Below, one piece after another: positions 14,259 to 28,167 of a DNA stretch of 64,000 nt. This DNA is from Priapulus caudatus. Its lineage: Eukaryota. Under the pieces are notes generated by a model. That model searched no databases and had not been told where the DNA came from. It worked only from the letters and a program-made list of their open reading frames with translations. Within the stretch, counting starts at the first letter, position 1. Each line of letters begins with the position of its first letter. The position numbers and the translations under genes are program-made. Location of the stretch: NCBI RefSeq assembly GCF_000485595.1, contig NW_014577089.1:181770-245769 (forward strand). The letters run 5' to 3'.

Positions 14259-14689
14259 GCCGTTGGCATGGATGGGGATGCGGATGAGGATCACGAAGAG
14301 GATGCTATGCGGCCGGCGCACACCGCTCCACGGACTGTTGCTGCTGCCACGTGAAAAACCTGCAGTCATTATTAACCGTACTTAAATACGGAGTTAATTA
14401 GACTCTCGGGCACTTCTCGTGAGGTACCCACCCACTGGAGTATTAGCTTTGTTGTTGCTACGCAGCATCTTACGTGTTTTTATCGTATATAAATATTACA
14501 TCATAATTGTGACGACAATGATTTTTGATGCATGACTAATTACCGCGTAATTACAGGAGCAAAGTGGACATATACGCAATTCTATACGCAATTTAATGCG
14601 CATATTTCTAATATCGGTTCAATAAACGCCTAGGTTACACATGTAGTATGCAGCCGCTTCGTGTTACTGGATACCGGGCAGCAGTTTAA

Positions 14690-14908
14690 CACCTATAGCA
14701 AAAATAGTAACAACTAAGCATGGAATTAGTGTTCAGTGATTGCTGGAGTCTCATCCCACTCATTTGACTTACTCGCCACTTGGGTGTGGTATTTACTAAG
14801 GAGTTAACCCCCGAGTTAAAAATATCACTTAAAATGGCCTCATGCGTAATTTTATATCTTTACGGGTAATAAGTGATTGTCAGTTTAATTAAGATTTTTC
14901 ATTGGGTG
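14690..14908. mobile_element. Possible decayed TTAA-flanked (piggyBac-like) MITE
   Basis: TTAA|CACCTATAGCAAAAAT ... ATTTTTCATTGGGTG|TTAA; the TIR match is only partial. Confidence 0.3.
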
Positions 14909-16148
14909 TTAATAATCAATTAGGAGGTGTGTTAATTAGGCTACTGCTACGCACAATGTTTTCCTGAAACACGCTCTAAAACGATAATACAGCAACCAAA
15001 ACAAATTTGCTCCCGGAAGAAACAACACAACAATAAACAATTCATTACGAGAATGCAATTGACTATTCTAACAGTACAAAACAAGTTTTATTTGTTGTAG
15101 TCGGGTAATGTCTAGTGTGTATGTAAAGTTCAAACATGCGATTCCTCTTCTGACAGTTGGGGAGATTTATTCCGGTTACAAAGGCGTCACGGACTGGAAA
15201 CTGCCAGACTGTCACAGCGATGTCACCCATGATGGGTACGGTAGACATTGATGGGCATCCAACTTGATGGGGGCGCTGCTAATAATATAAACAATGTGGT
15301 TTAGCCAGTAACTAATATATTTTTACGACGTATTTCCGAACTAAAGTAGGTTTCAGCATACAGTTTCTCTGATACTTGATTTCATCGTATATCGATTGCA
15401 ACGAATAATTGTATCGCATGCGAGAAGTAACTTGGATAAAGCTAGCTTGAGCATCCTATCCTGCAACGATAGGTGCCAAAATGCGGTCAGCTGTCCAAAC
15501 TGCGAGGTCTTCCTGCAGCCAGCTGCCCACACTAACAGCTTGACGCACAGCTCACAGCGCCAGTTCGCCGCACAGACAGCTGCTGTTATCCTGCCTGCAG
15601 CTCGCGTGCCCCGCGATCATCGAGGCGACGCGATTGAGATCTGTGCGTAGTACGAGTGTTGTTTTTCGACATGCTTCACCCACAAAGCGGCTCTCGTGTT
15701 TAGTCGATTTCTCAACACTCGAGCCGAGAGCGAAAAGAATTCGTAACGCGCGCGCGCTCTCGTCGAGTTTAAGCCGAATCGCAGCTAAGAATAGCGCCAG
15801 CGATCGTGCGGCTATTGCCGATCGTATCTCATTCGTAGGGATTCAGGCTACGCGCTTAAAAACACGCGCCGGCGTCATAAAACTGTCACGTGTTTATTGG
15901 GTGGGGGAGCGGACGTCGAGCGACGGTCACCCCGCGGGGCACGCGCTGACGACAGCCACGGCAAGCGCCACGCCCAATCGCCATAGTTAGGGCCACACGC
16001 AGGCGAATCCAGCGCCGCCGGGCTCGGTCCTCGCGCTTGTTTTGACACTAGCCACACGAAGTAAAGCGTCCGCAGCACTAATTGGAAATAACTAATTCTT
16101 CTTCATTACAGTTCCCCCTTACAGTGCAGTGAAGAGTACGCGCTGATG

Positions 16149-16459
16149 CAGGGGCGTGTACAGGGGGGAGGAGGTCTAGGGGGTCCGGAGCCCCCCCCCC
16201 CCTGCTCGCGCAGAATGCCCATATTTTTTTTAATTGTCTAAGATGTTAATGCACCAGACAAAAATGGCATTGATGCACATCAAGATGAAGTTATTGTGGT
16301 GTCAGATGCGAGGAAAACGCATCTGAGGGGGTCTAATTTCAAAATTTTTCGAGTGGAAGGGCCCCCCAGACCCCTCCCCCCCCCTTCGCCGTAGGTTCTC
16401 GCAAGTTTGGCTTACGGTTATACCCCCCCACCCTGGTACAAATCCTGTACACGCCCCTG
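16149..16459. mobile_element. MITE with CAGGGG termini (hAT-like)
   Basis: Perfect 16-bp TIRs CAGGGGCGTGTACAGG / CCTGTACACGCCCCTG; internal G/C runs; no clear TSD. Confidence 0.7.
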
Positions 16460-17114
16460 TATGTGCGTCCGCGCCTACATATGTGCGTCCGCGCGTACAG
16501 CAAGGAACAAGGCAAACGCAAGTGTGCGTGCATGCTTTCGTGCATCACGCGCGTGTATATAGACGACAGGCTTGATGACACTGTTGCTATAAACGTATTA
16601 ATTCCGTAAATATATGTATAACGTCTGCAATAACATCGTCTTGGTCACCCACATGCTTCACGTGACAGGTGTGTTGCTGGCAGAGGATTCAGACAGCTGC
16701 TTGGATCAAACCTTTCAGCAGATATCGTCAATTTGCTCAGAAGACAACACTGTCACGTGAAAGATGGAGGTTTTCTCGTGAGTTGCGGGAAGACGAAGGT
16801 AACAACAATATTCTTTTTTCAGATCAGTATGGCGAACTTTATCTAGTCTTCACGACATTCAGTTCGCATAACTGCGACCGCATTTATATAGCCTGCGTGG
16901 GATATTTCGGCAGTTCAGATTAACTGGACATTATTTTAAGCCTAATGGATTGATGGTTGCAGTTAACTATACTGTTTATTATGTGTGGAACTGCTTGACC
17001 CGTAACAATACAAACATAACTTAAGTTGAGTAATAAATGACTTTTGCCGTTATACATGCCGTTTAGTAGTGTTCAGCTGCAAATCGCTCCCGTGAAATTT
17101 TGATGTCATTATCG

Positions 17115-17203
17115 CAGGAGTGAATAATAATAGAATCTATCATCATAATTATTAATTATCATTATCATTACAAATAATAGAAATCTATTATTATTCACTC
17201 CTG
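17115..17203. mobile_element. 89-bp micro-element with 20-bp TIRs
   Basis: CAGGAGTGAATAATAATAGA / TCTATTATTATTCACTCCTG; flanks ATTATCG / ATTATCT (7-bp TSD with one mismatch). Confidence 0.6.
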
Positions 17204-17941
17204 ATTATCTCACATATCATTTATTAATTGTTGCGCATGTTAGTTGAGTGCGCTGCGGAACCAACTTACCATGCAGAGACATACCGCAATACTACAAGGC
17301 ACTCTTATCAGAAACATCGTTGCTCTACGATGATTATTAGTACTATTATAACACGTAGAAAAAAGTAACGAGTAGGACTTTATATTACGACTAATATATT
17401 TCTGATAACAGCCACCTGGAATGTACTATGTCCACATGAGGTGCGTTTACAGGATGGTGCATGTTCGGCTCTTGCGGGGACGAGGTAGCTGCTCAGATGC
17501 TAATATTTTAATCACGTCGTCGACTATCTGGGAATTAATAAGCTCATGTTAATTTCATACAATCTCTATACCCTAATTTTCCCTGTGCATTTTAGCCGGA
17601 ATTACAAATCTTGATCAGTTAATTCGGTCGGTACCAATCGGCAAAATGTAGTGAAAATCACTTGGAACATCTGATTGATATCTTGAATACTGATAATAAT
17701 ACACATCACATTACTTAACGCGACTTGCTTAAATTTTACTTAATAAATGTTTACTTCTACTTAAAAATTATTATATCAAATTACTTAAAGCGTTCTATAC
17801 TCTAGTTTATGCTAATTCCACGTACTGTTGATAGATCAACCCATTGTTTAGTTTCCAGTCTGGAGTAGATCAACTGATTGTTCAAGCTCACTTCGAAAGA
17901 ACCTAGATAAAATTATAAATATATCAATAATATATACATAA

Positions 17942-17948
17942 TGTGTGT

Positions 17949-18014
<66 letters not shown>

Positions 18015-18024
18015 NNNNNNNNNN

Positions 18025-18066
<42 letters not shown>
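17942..18066. repeat. (GT)n - 10 N - (CA)n microsatellite junction
   Basis: Direct reading; the repeat orientation flips across the gap. Confidence 0.9.
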
Positions 18067-18067
<1 letters not shown>

Positions 18068-19759
18068 GCGCGCCATATTTACGCATTTGTCGCCGTGCCG
18101 CTGCAAGTTCTCGTGATAAATCGACGTGCCATTATAAATTTAGATTAGACACCATATAAACGGAACAGCGCGACCACCCGCGGTTTGTCGCGACGCCGGG
18201 GCACATCAAACAAGCATCGGACGCAGCGCGAGAAGGGCTAGAAGGGGCGGCGAAAAAAACCATCTAGAAGAGTCTGCAATTAATCCAAGTAGTAATCGTA
18301 TGTCGACCAGACCAATTAATCGGCGGGATGATTGCTGGCGGACGCTGGTGAGATTACGCTGTGACGCCGGCCGGCCCGTTAAACTGCGCGCCACTGCTGC
18401 GACACCAGCTGTGTGGTGAGGAGTTCATATCGCTGTTGGCGCCGCTTCATCTGGCGGGTCCGTCTCTAGCAACGGGAAGGAGGAGAAACCCACCGAGCAA
18501 CCCATCAAACACTGGAGTGATGTGACAAAACGTCGCAGTGACCACTGTCCGTGTCAGCAAAGAGGTCGGCTTTGCCTTGTGCTGAAAAACTAGCGTACAC
18601 CCATTCTACAGTTATGAAGTTAGTGGATAAAGTGTGACCAAGTGCTGGACAATATTGAGATCGATATTCAGATCAAGATTTGCAGTACAGGCAGTAGGTG
18701 ACAGTATCAAGTTGCTACGTACGTCAAGTAAGACTGAAACCGTTAAATAACAACTGTGAGCTAATTTTTAGTCTATTTTTACCTAATCAACGCTTAATAA
18801 TGATTGCCAACGACATGAGGAGAACAGATGAAGCGTACCTCTGAGCTACAAACGGTTAACATTTTCTACAAAACATTTGGTCGGCGTTGCGCGGACACAA
18901 AACCGTGAGGGCAGGACGTAGCATGCGCTTCGGAAACCCACGCAGTTTGTCGCTGGCAAAACTGCATTCTCTCGCACGATTTATCTACTTTAGATTTAAA
19001 AAAATGGTTGTTCGCAGCGTGCCGGCATTGTTCCGCCGCACGGGACGAACTTGCAGCGGCGAGCCGAAATCCAATTACACAAACAATGTTCTCGGATTTA
19101 ACACTCGTGAAGAGACATTGCGCATGCGAGCAACGCGTGATAAATTGTTCAATTGCACATGCTTACTGCGTTAGCTAGTGACCGGGAAGCGTTGATCGCA
19201 GGAACAATAGTTCCACATATAAACCAACGCATTAACATGGCGCCTTAGCTACGCAGAGCGGAAGTGAGCGGGTGTAGTCGCTAAGGCTTCATTAATAGAT
19301 TTCCTAATCTCGAATATTACTAGCCGAATGTTAAACTGCACGTGTGTCCGTGCGTGCGTGGGTGCGTGCAATCGCGCGTGTGACAGTAGTCGACAGTAGT
19401 AAGCACGACATGGTACGAAGAGTGTGAGCTGACCTGGATACAGAATAAAATGCATGAATTATAATAGAGCTGACCTGCACGCGCGTAATTGCACGAAAGT
19501 AGGCCATCCAGCATTATATGCCTGATATTATTAATCGGTACGGATTCTGTAGAAAAACTCCAGTAAGCCTACTACTACTGCCCCGCCCTCCCAGTGCTCA
19601 GCTACAGATAACATTGGCGCAGTCTTTTGTCAGTGTCTCGCTTAATTTTCCCATATATTGATATTTTGGATGCAAATAAAAGATGCGGCCTAGGCGCCAG
19701 AGATGAGACATTAAATGTAATGATCGTGTTATTGCAGAGCGACGCCCGTCGTCTACTGC

Positions 19760-21530
19760 AACAATGACCGCCGACGATGTCATCTGCTACAGCAATGACC
19801 GCCGACGATGTCATCTACTACAGCAATGACCGCCGACGAGCCGCCGGACGAGCGTCCATCTAACTACAGCAATGACGCGCGACGATAGGTCATCTGGGCT
19901 GCAGCAATGGCCGCCGACGATGTCTCTGCTACAGCAAGTGACCGCGACGATGTCATCTCTTCAGGCCAATGACCGCGCGAGCGAGTGCGCGAGCGGCTAC
20001 AGCAATGACGATGCCCGACTGATGTTCGTCTACTGCAGCAATGGCCGCCAGACGACGTTCCTATCTGCTAGGCAAGCTAATGACGGCCGCGAAGCGTTCA
20101 TCTAGCTACAGCAATGACCGCCGACGATGCATCGTACTACAGGCAATGAACCGCGACGACGTCATCTACTACAGGCAATGACCGCGACGATGTCATCTGG
20201 GGGCTAACCAGCAATGACCGCCGACGACGTCATCTACTAGCAGCACATGACGCGGCGAGCGACGGTCATCTACGTGCAAACAATGGCCGCCGACGACGGA
20301 TGTCATCTGCGGCTAGCAGCTAATGACCGCGACGACGGTCATCCTACTAGCAGCATGGACGCGACGACGTCATCTACACAGCAATGACCGCCGACGACGT
20401 CATCTGCTACAGCAATGACCGCCGACGATGTCATCTGCTACAGCAATGACCGCGACGGGCACGTCATTCTACTACAGGCAATGACCGCGACGATGGTCAT
20501 CTGCCTACACATGACCGCCGCGACAACGTCATCTACTAGCAGCAATGACCGCGACCAGACGTCTCTAGCTGGCACAATGGCCGCCGACGAATGTCATCTG
20601 CTACAGCAATGACCGAGACGACGTCATCTACACAGCAATGACCGCGCGGACGATGTCATCTGACTAGCAGCAATCGACGCGCCGACGGAACGTCATCTGC
20701 TAGCAGGCAATGACCACCGAGGCGATGTCGATCTGGCTAGCAGCAATGGACCGCCGACGAATGTCATCTGCTACGCAATGACCGCCGAACGACGTCATCT
20801 GGCTACGCAATGACGCGCCGACGACGTCATCTGCTACAGCAATGACGGCGGCCGACGAATGTCATCTGCTAGCAGCAATGACGCGGGCCAACGATGTCAT
20901 CTGCTAACAGGCAATGACGCGACGACGTATCTAACTAAGGCAATGACCGCGACGACGGTCATCTTAGCTACAGCAATGACCGCCGACGATGTCATCTGCT
21001 ATGCAGTGCAAATGACCGGCCGACGGAGCGTCGATGCTGGCTACAGCAATGACCGCCAACGACGTCATATACTAGCAGCAATGACCAGCGACGACGTCAT
21101 ATACTTACAGGCAAATGACCGCCCGACGACGTCATATAGCCTACAGCCAAATGACGCGACGCACGTCATCTACTACAGCAATGACCGCGACGACGTCATC
21201 TACTACAGCAATGACGTCCGACGACGATCATCTACTACAGGCAATGACCGCGCGACGACAGTCATCTGGCTAGAGCAATGACCGCCAGAGCCGCCATTGT
21301 CATCTACCTAGAGGCAATGACGCGCCAGCACGAGGTGGTGCCGAGACGCGACGATGTCATACTACTCAAGCATATACCGGCCGACGGATGGTCATCCTAG
21401 GGCCTAACAGCAATGACCGCCGCGACGATGTCCAATCTGGCTACAGCAAATTGAACCGCCGATCGACGTCATTCGGCTTCAGCAATGACTTGCGCCGACG
21501 ACGTCATCTAGTACAAGCAATGACCGCCGA
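19760..21530. repeat. 31-bp minisatellite (ACAGCAATGACCGCCGACGATGTCATCTGCT), roughly 50-55 units
   Basis: CAGCAATG recurs at 19790 and 19821; head-to-tail units with no spacers; heavy indel noise. Confidence 0.93.
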
Positions 21531-23259
21531 CGTCTGATGTGCGCCTATAGAGATGTGTGACTGATAATTAACGAGAGCTCAATCTGGCGAGCTCATCTCG
21601 ACTACTATTTGGCTGGCTTTCCCCTAGTCACCGCCATTTGACCCCCCTTGAAAATTCCGCCGCGCTCCGGCAAGACCCCTCCCACTGGGTATTGTCGTAT
21701 ATGAGTAATTAAATCTCTAAGTGCGACTAGTGAAAACGTTAACCCTCCAAGTTTCTTCAGAACGGCCCATGGGGGGGAAAANNNNNNNNNNNNNNNNNNN
21801 NNNNNNGGAGATACTCGTTTTGCTCGCAGCCCGGAGCGGAGGCCCGGCCATCCAGTTGGACGAGGCTCGGCCCCTCCATTAGTAGTCATGCGACGGGAGG
21901 TGCTCGGGAGTCGATCGAGGCTACGAGCGGCTGGGAGTGCTGGGGATCTGCAAGGTGTGGGCGCGAGTGCATCTCGGTGCTACGGACGAGAGGTGCTGGA
22001 AGCTGAATCGCGTACATACGTACTCACAGTTACGTCGAGTGCAACACCGGACACGCGAGGGTGTTGAGACACGAGAGCACAGATGTTTTTTCTTCGCGAA
22101 ATGGCAGGCGTGTACTGCAGCCAGTTAAATGGATACTATTATGTTCATACTATTTTCACTGGAATGAAAAGCCATGCCTTGAGACAGACCATCTCTCATC
22201 ATCTCGTCGTTTTTCTCCATATCGTTCTCCGGTGGCATACATCGGTGTGCTCATTCGCTCGTGCTGTCTCTCTCTCTCTTCTATCGTTCTCTCTCTTATC
22301 TTCTCCGTCTCTCTCTCTATCGTTCTCCTCTCTTTCTCTCTCTCTCTATCGTTCTTCTCTCTTTCTCATCTCTCTCCGTCGCATACTCATCTCTCTCTCG
22401 TCTCTCGATCTCTCAGTCCTCCTCTCTCTTCTCTCTCCGCTCTCTCTCTCTTCTCCTCATCGTTTCGTCTCTCGTCTAACGTCGTGCTGTCTCCGCTCTC
22501 TCGCTCGCTTCCCCGTCGCTCTCTTTTCCCTTTCACGCTCCGCAGACGCATACTTGGTGGCTGTGGATTCGTGACGACGGTCACGCGCCACTTTACGACG
22601 GTACCCCCGGAGTCGCGGCGGGGCGGGCGCGGCGGACGCGCGTGAGGGAGGGAAGGAGGGAGGGGAGTGGGGACGGGAGCGGTCTATCGCGGTCGCCGCC
22701 GCGGCGCCCTCTGGACCAAATATTTTCCTTCGTGTCGGTTACGCGTCCGTCCAGGCCAGCTGCGGTGAGTCATAAACATCGTCAGGGAAACCACGCTTTG
22801 ACGGCGCGCGCGCGTGCGTGGCGGCGCAGCAACAACCCAGCACCAGTACAGATCGCCCGGCCGACCACCGCGCGCCCCGAATCTAGCGGCGAACTCAGTT
22901 TTGCGGAGCGCGCACTTCTCTCCAACTAGACCAAAGCCAACATTTCACAAACGCCGTGCATCCATGCGCGACACGTATATATAGATCACCGGAGGGCCCG
23001 GTACGCTCGGGCAACGAAAACAACCTCGCGCAACTGTCGAGCAGCGCCCGAGCCCGCACGAGGACATGTAAGCATAATGTAATCAAGGGCAGCTAGCCTA
23101 GACTGATCCAAACCCCCCCCGAGATCCGCAGGGTTGTTGATACAACAACGACTTACTACGGATAGTCAGGCATCAGGAACACTCAGCCGACAGGCCAGTC
23201 ACGTTGCTTATAACGAAGTCGACGCGATTCCTACGCACGAGCGAAACTCCCGATCACAC

Positions 23260-24810
23260 ACAACGTCCCCGCTCGCCGCACAGTACACACACGCACCCAC
23301 GCTCAACGACGCCACATACACCACACACACCCACGGCACAGCGCGAACGATACACTCACACGCACGACCACGCACAGCGCACATACACACACGCACCCAC
23401 CGCACGCGCACATACACACACCAGCCACGCACGCTCACACTACACATCACACAGCACCCACGACGCGCACAATACACACACACGCACAATCACGCACATA
23501 CGCACATACACACACACCGCGGAAACTACGCACCCACGCATCCGCGCACCAATACCACACACGCCACCAACGCAGCGCGCACATACACCACACCCGACCA
23601 GGCTAGCGCACAAATACACACACACGCACCTCGACACCACGCCACCCACGCACCGACGCAGCATACACACATACCACCCACGCAGGCGCACATACACACA
23701 CACTCACGCACCCACAAACACGCACGCCCACCCACCACGCATATATACACACGCCACCCACGCACCGGACGCACATACACACACACCACCCACGTCAACA
23801 CGCCACTATACACACACACGAACTCGGGCACCAGCAGCAACGCACATACACACACACGCACGCGATTCGTCCCACGCACGGCGCACTACACCACAACGCA
23901 CCCCACGACGATACACACACACGTACCGCACGCACACGCACATTACAGCACACGCGCACCGCACGCACCAGCTACGCGCATACACACCACTCCGCACGTT
24001 TGCGTCTGGCGTGGTCTGGCCTACGCACATGCCGGCATATAGCACACACACCGCACCCACGCACAGCGCACATACACAACACGCGCACCCAACCACGCCG
24101 CACAATACACGTCCACCCACGCACGCGCACATATCACACACACCCACGCACCCCACGGCACATGGCACTATACACACACACACGCCACACGCACTCCCAC
24201 GCAAGGCGCACATACACACACAAAACCGCAACGCAACATACACACCTCATCACCTACCCACCGCCACGCACATACACACACGCAACCCACGCACATGCAC
24301 ATGCCCATCACACACATCACTCCACGCACACGCACCACGCACACGCACATACACCACACACACTCACCCACGCACAGGACGTGCGCACATCCCACACACA
24401 CACCACACGACGCACCCCCACACAGTACGTCGCTCCGCACAGTACACACCACACACGCACCCACGCACGATGCACATACACACTAGGCCGCACGCAGCCA
24501 CGGCACAGGCAGCATAACACACACAAAACCGCACGCACACATACACACCACAATCACACAAACACACACACGCGCACACAAACACGCACGCACGCCCACG
24601 CGCACACATACATGTACACCAAGAGTACATAATAGGAGATCCTATTATGTAGCTCTGATGTATACACGACTCACAATCACACAAACACACGCACCGACAG
24701 ACGCCGCACGTCCGTATACGCAGCAGACGCTACGCCGACACACGCAATGCACACACGCACACATACATACACACCACAATCACACGCACGCACGCACGCA
24801 CGCACGCACG
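23260..24810. repeat. Degenerate CA/GCAC-rich compound microsatellite
   Basis: Recurrent GCACATACACACAC and (GCAC)n motifs; source of His/Thr-rich spurious ORFs. Confidence 0.88.
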
Positions 24811-24835
24811 TGAAGCACCGGCATGCATCGCGATG

Positions 24836-26628
24836 CCTGACCGCGTACCAGGCGCGGTAATCGCCTACGAAGCAAGCAGTCTCCTACTTCAAGCGCGCGA
24901 CTTATGACTTCTCTGCTGGCGTTATTTAGATTTTAGATGTTTCAGTGGATTGCGCGCGACGAATAAATGAGAGCACTACTCTCCCCACACTCTCCAACAA
25001 ACAGCCGCTCAGGCAGTCAAGTACAAGGAGACATGGCACCTACACGCACGCTTGCAGCAGATATCATCGTCGAACGCATTTCGCAAAACAAATTTTTACG
25101 GCAGCAAGACGCTTCAGCTAAGCATAAGGGCTGACATTGCGGCAGTCATGCCTAGGATTTGTGTCAACTAGCGATGAATTCTAGCTGTCATTCGAGAGCT
25201 ACCGCTGTTTAATAACTAAAAACAGTTTCAGCCTGCTTTTGACAGCGATTTACTCAGTTCATCAACTCCTTCCTATCTTTCCTAGGCCATCCGCCACGCA
25301 TCTAAGAGCTACCACATTCAAGAGCATTGCCTATCAACGCAGCAACGTCACACTATGTCAAATAAATAAATAAATATATATACACACATATATAATAAAC
25401 CAAATGGTGGTGGAGTTTTTGATGATTTGACTGCTTTCTTTAGAGTGATACAGAGACGCGCTATACATGGATGGACACACTTCTCCCTATTTGAGATTCA
25501 GACTCTGACCCTAACAGCACCCATATACGACGTAACTTATAGCCTCCACCGGGTTAATACACCCGCATAAACTCTATCCCGGGGACCGCCACGGACACGC
25601 ACCTCTTGCACGGCAGGAGCAGCGCAGCTAACCCCAGCGCACGCTTCGCACGAGCGGCCGGCCCAATTAGCCAGCAGAACGGACGCAGCATACGGGCAAT
25701 GACGAATGACGACGCCGCTAATAACATCCCGCTCCCGCGCAGGAAGTTCGGCTTCGAATAGGACAGTATCATCCCCCCGAGCGACAAATTACGCAGCAGC
25801 CCGGCGGGACCGGGGGCGATCGCATCTCTGTCCACGAAATCCTTGCGCAACACAGCGCAAACCCGCCACCGCCTGACGCGTCGTGCAAGATTAGCCTCCG
25901 AACACCTCGCATGCGGGCGCAAGCCACGGCCGCTCCCCGCTAGACCGCTGCCTAGCACCTAACATAGCGCGCGCCGTGCGGAAACCCTACACGCACATGC
26001 CTAAAACAATATACCGGGTCCGCGAACGGCCACGCAGGGCAGGTGGCTAACGAGGGCCCGCCGAAAAAAAAGAGAGATCGCAAGAAGAAAACCGCCGAGG
26101 CGAAATAATTTGATTGCCCACTTGTGCACCTTCTTTGAAGTGCGCCTATCGGCTTACGCGACCATCCTAAGATAAAGAAGCAGCGTGCGCAGTGCCGCGG
26201 GAGTGAAGCGCGCGCAGATTCGCTTGTGAGCCGCCGCGTGACGATCGGCAGCAATACACGAAGCGCTTAAATCCGGACGGCATCTCTCTCTCTCTCCTTC
26301 GCTCTCGCTTCTCCTCTCTCCTCTCTCTCTCTCTTCGCCCTACTCTCCGCTTCTCATCGTCTCTCTCCTCTCGCGGCCTCGTCTCTCTCTCTCGCTCTCC
26401 TCTCTCTCGCTCCTCTCTCTCTTCCTCTCGCTCTCTCTCTTTCGCTCTCCCTCTTTTTCTATCGTTCTCGCCCTCTCTCCCTCTCTCTTCCTCTCTCTCT
26501 TCCTCTCGCTCTCTCTCTTTCGCTCTCCCTCTTTTTCTATCGTTCTCTCCCTCTCTCTCTCTCTCTCGCTCTCTCTCTTCCTCTCGCTCTCTCTCTTTCG
26601 CTCTCCCTCTTTTTCTATCGTTCTCTCC

Positions 26629-26676
<48 letters not shown>

Positions 26677-28107
26677 CTCTCTCTCTTCCTCTTGCTCTCT
26701 CTCTTTCTCTCTCCCTCTCTTTCTATCTCCCTGCAACGCACGCAGACGTGAACAGGTAGTACTGAGTGCTCGAATAAAAAAAACTCGGATAACGACTGCA
26801 TGTTTTTTTCCGAGTTTTTTTCGCCCGTCCTCATCGTTATTATCTGTCGGAGGATCTACAGGAACAGCCAATTCATCTCCGCGTGGTGTGCGCGAGGCCA
26901 TTCTAGACTCGATTAATCGATAAATAGATCCGACTCGATTATGTGATACAGACGATGTTTCACAATTACAACCGGGGTTACACCATCACAGACAGGGTTA
27001 AACTACACAGGGTTACAGACTCGATTAGATGGTTCAGGATGAGGCGACAGTATTGGAGATGATGTGAAGCCATTCTAGATTGGATAGAACCGTCGAGTCG
27101 AGGTAAAGTCACCTCAGCCAACAGCGAACAGCAGAGTCAACCTCGGCGGTCCTTTGAAGATCTTAAGACGGTGGACATCATCGCTTAACTCGCCGCTTCA
27201 CACAGAATGCTAATGTTTAGCAGGATTATAGGAGCTTACCGTCGGTACGAGTGAGTAACTGCAGGGCTTTAATTAGTCCCAAGTATCGTTCACAGCGATA
27301 AAGACGCGTCCCTTCTATTTTCGCTAAGTCACGCTGTCATAACGAAATCGACGTGACCAATCCCGACTTACTTAGTAAGTAAGCATATGATGTGATAAAA
27401 CAGAAACAGTATAGTGATAAGAAAACACGTTTACGCGCCCAAGAGTTAAATATCTATATACTGTATAGACTATACCGTGGCTTTTGTAACCACCTAGACA
27501 GGATGTGCAAACATTGAGATGTCAACATCCCACGCACGAGTTTATATTCGTCACCATTTCAGGGTTCCAGCATAATGAATCTATGTAAACAGCGTGTGTA
27601 GGGCCTCGCGATTCTCTCGCAGCCTGCATGGCTTCCCCGAGCCCCACGCTTCGCAGTGGGTGGTCAACACAAACATATGTCATATATCGACGTGACAGGA
27701 AGCTGCGTTGTGAAACCTTACAGGCGCGTGACCAGCCAGGGCGGCGAGTCAAGCAGACTGCGCTCTGCACAGTGTAACGGATCCACGCGACCGCTACTCA
27801 CTGACCCGAGCAGCAGGTCAAACTGACCAGTTGTTACTGACCAGCGCTAGCAGAGTACCCGACGAAATTCCTCGTCTCACAACGCTATCGGTTTCGGGAG
27901 GGCGGAGGGCGACGCATGTAAGTATAGCGAGTTGAATGTGGCGCGCGCCGACGAACAGGCAAGCGTATCGGCTTACGAACCGGGAAGCCCTCTGCACGGC
28001 GTGTAAGCATGCTGATCAGCTGCCATGTAAAAACACACGGCTATTGCCGCTAAACCTCACGCCCGCGACGCCGAGAACGCACTGAAGCCGCATAACGCGA
28101 GAACGGG

Positions 28108-28167
<60 letters not shown>

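Noticed and set aside
18470..18564. Isolated plus-strand exon-like segment (NGKEEKPTEQPIKHWSDV...)
   Set aside because: The donor (gtcggc) is poor, and I found no partner exons or homology.
19760..21530. CRISPR-like array (31-bp palindromic repeat)
   Set aside because: Units are head-to-tail with no unique spacers, there are no cas genes, and the context is eukaryotic.
23134..24690. His/Thr-rich or Cys/Val-rich ORFs up to 437 aa
   Set aside because: They are translations of a noisy CA-rich microsatellite, open in many frames on both strands.
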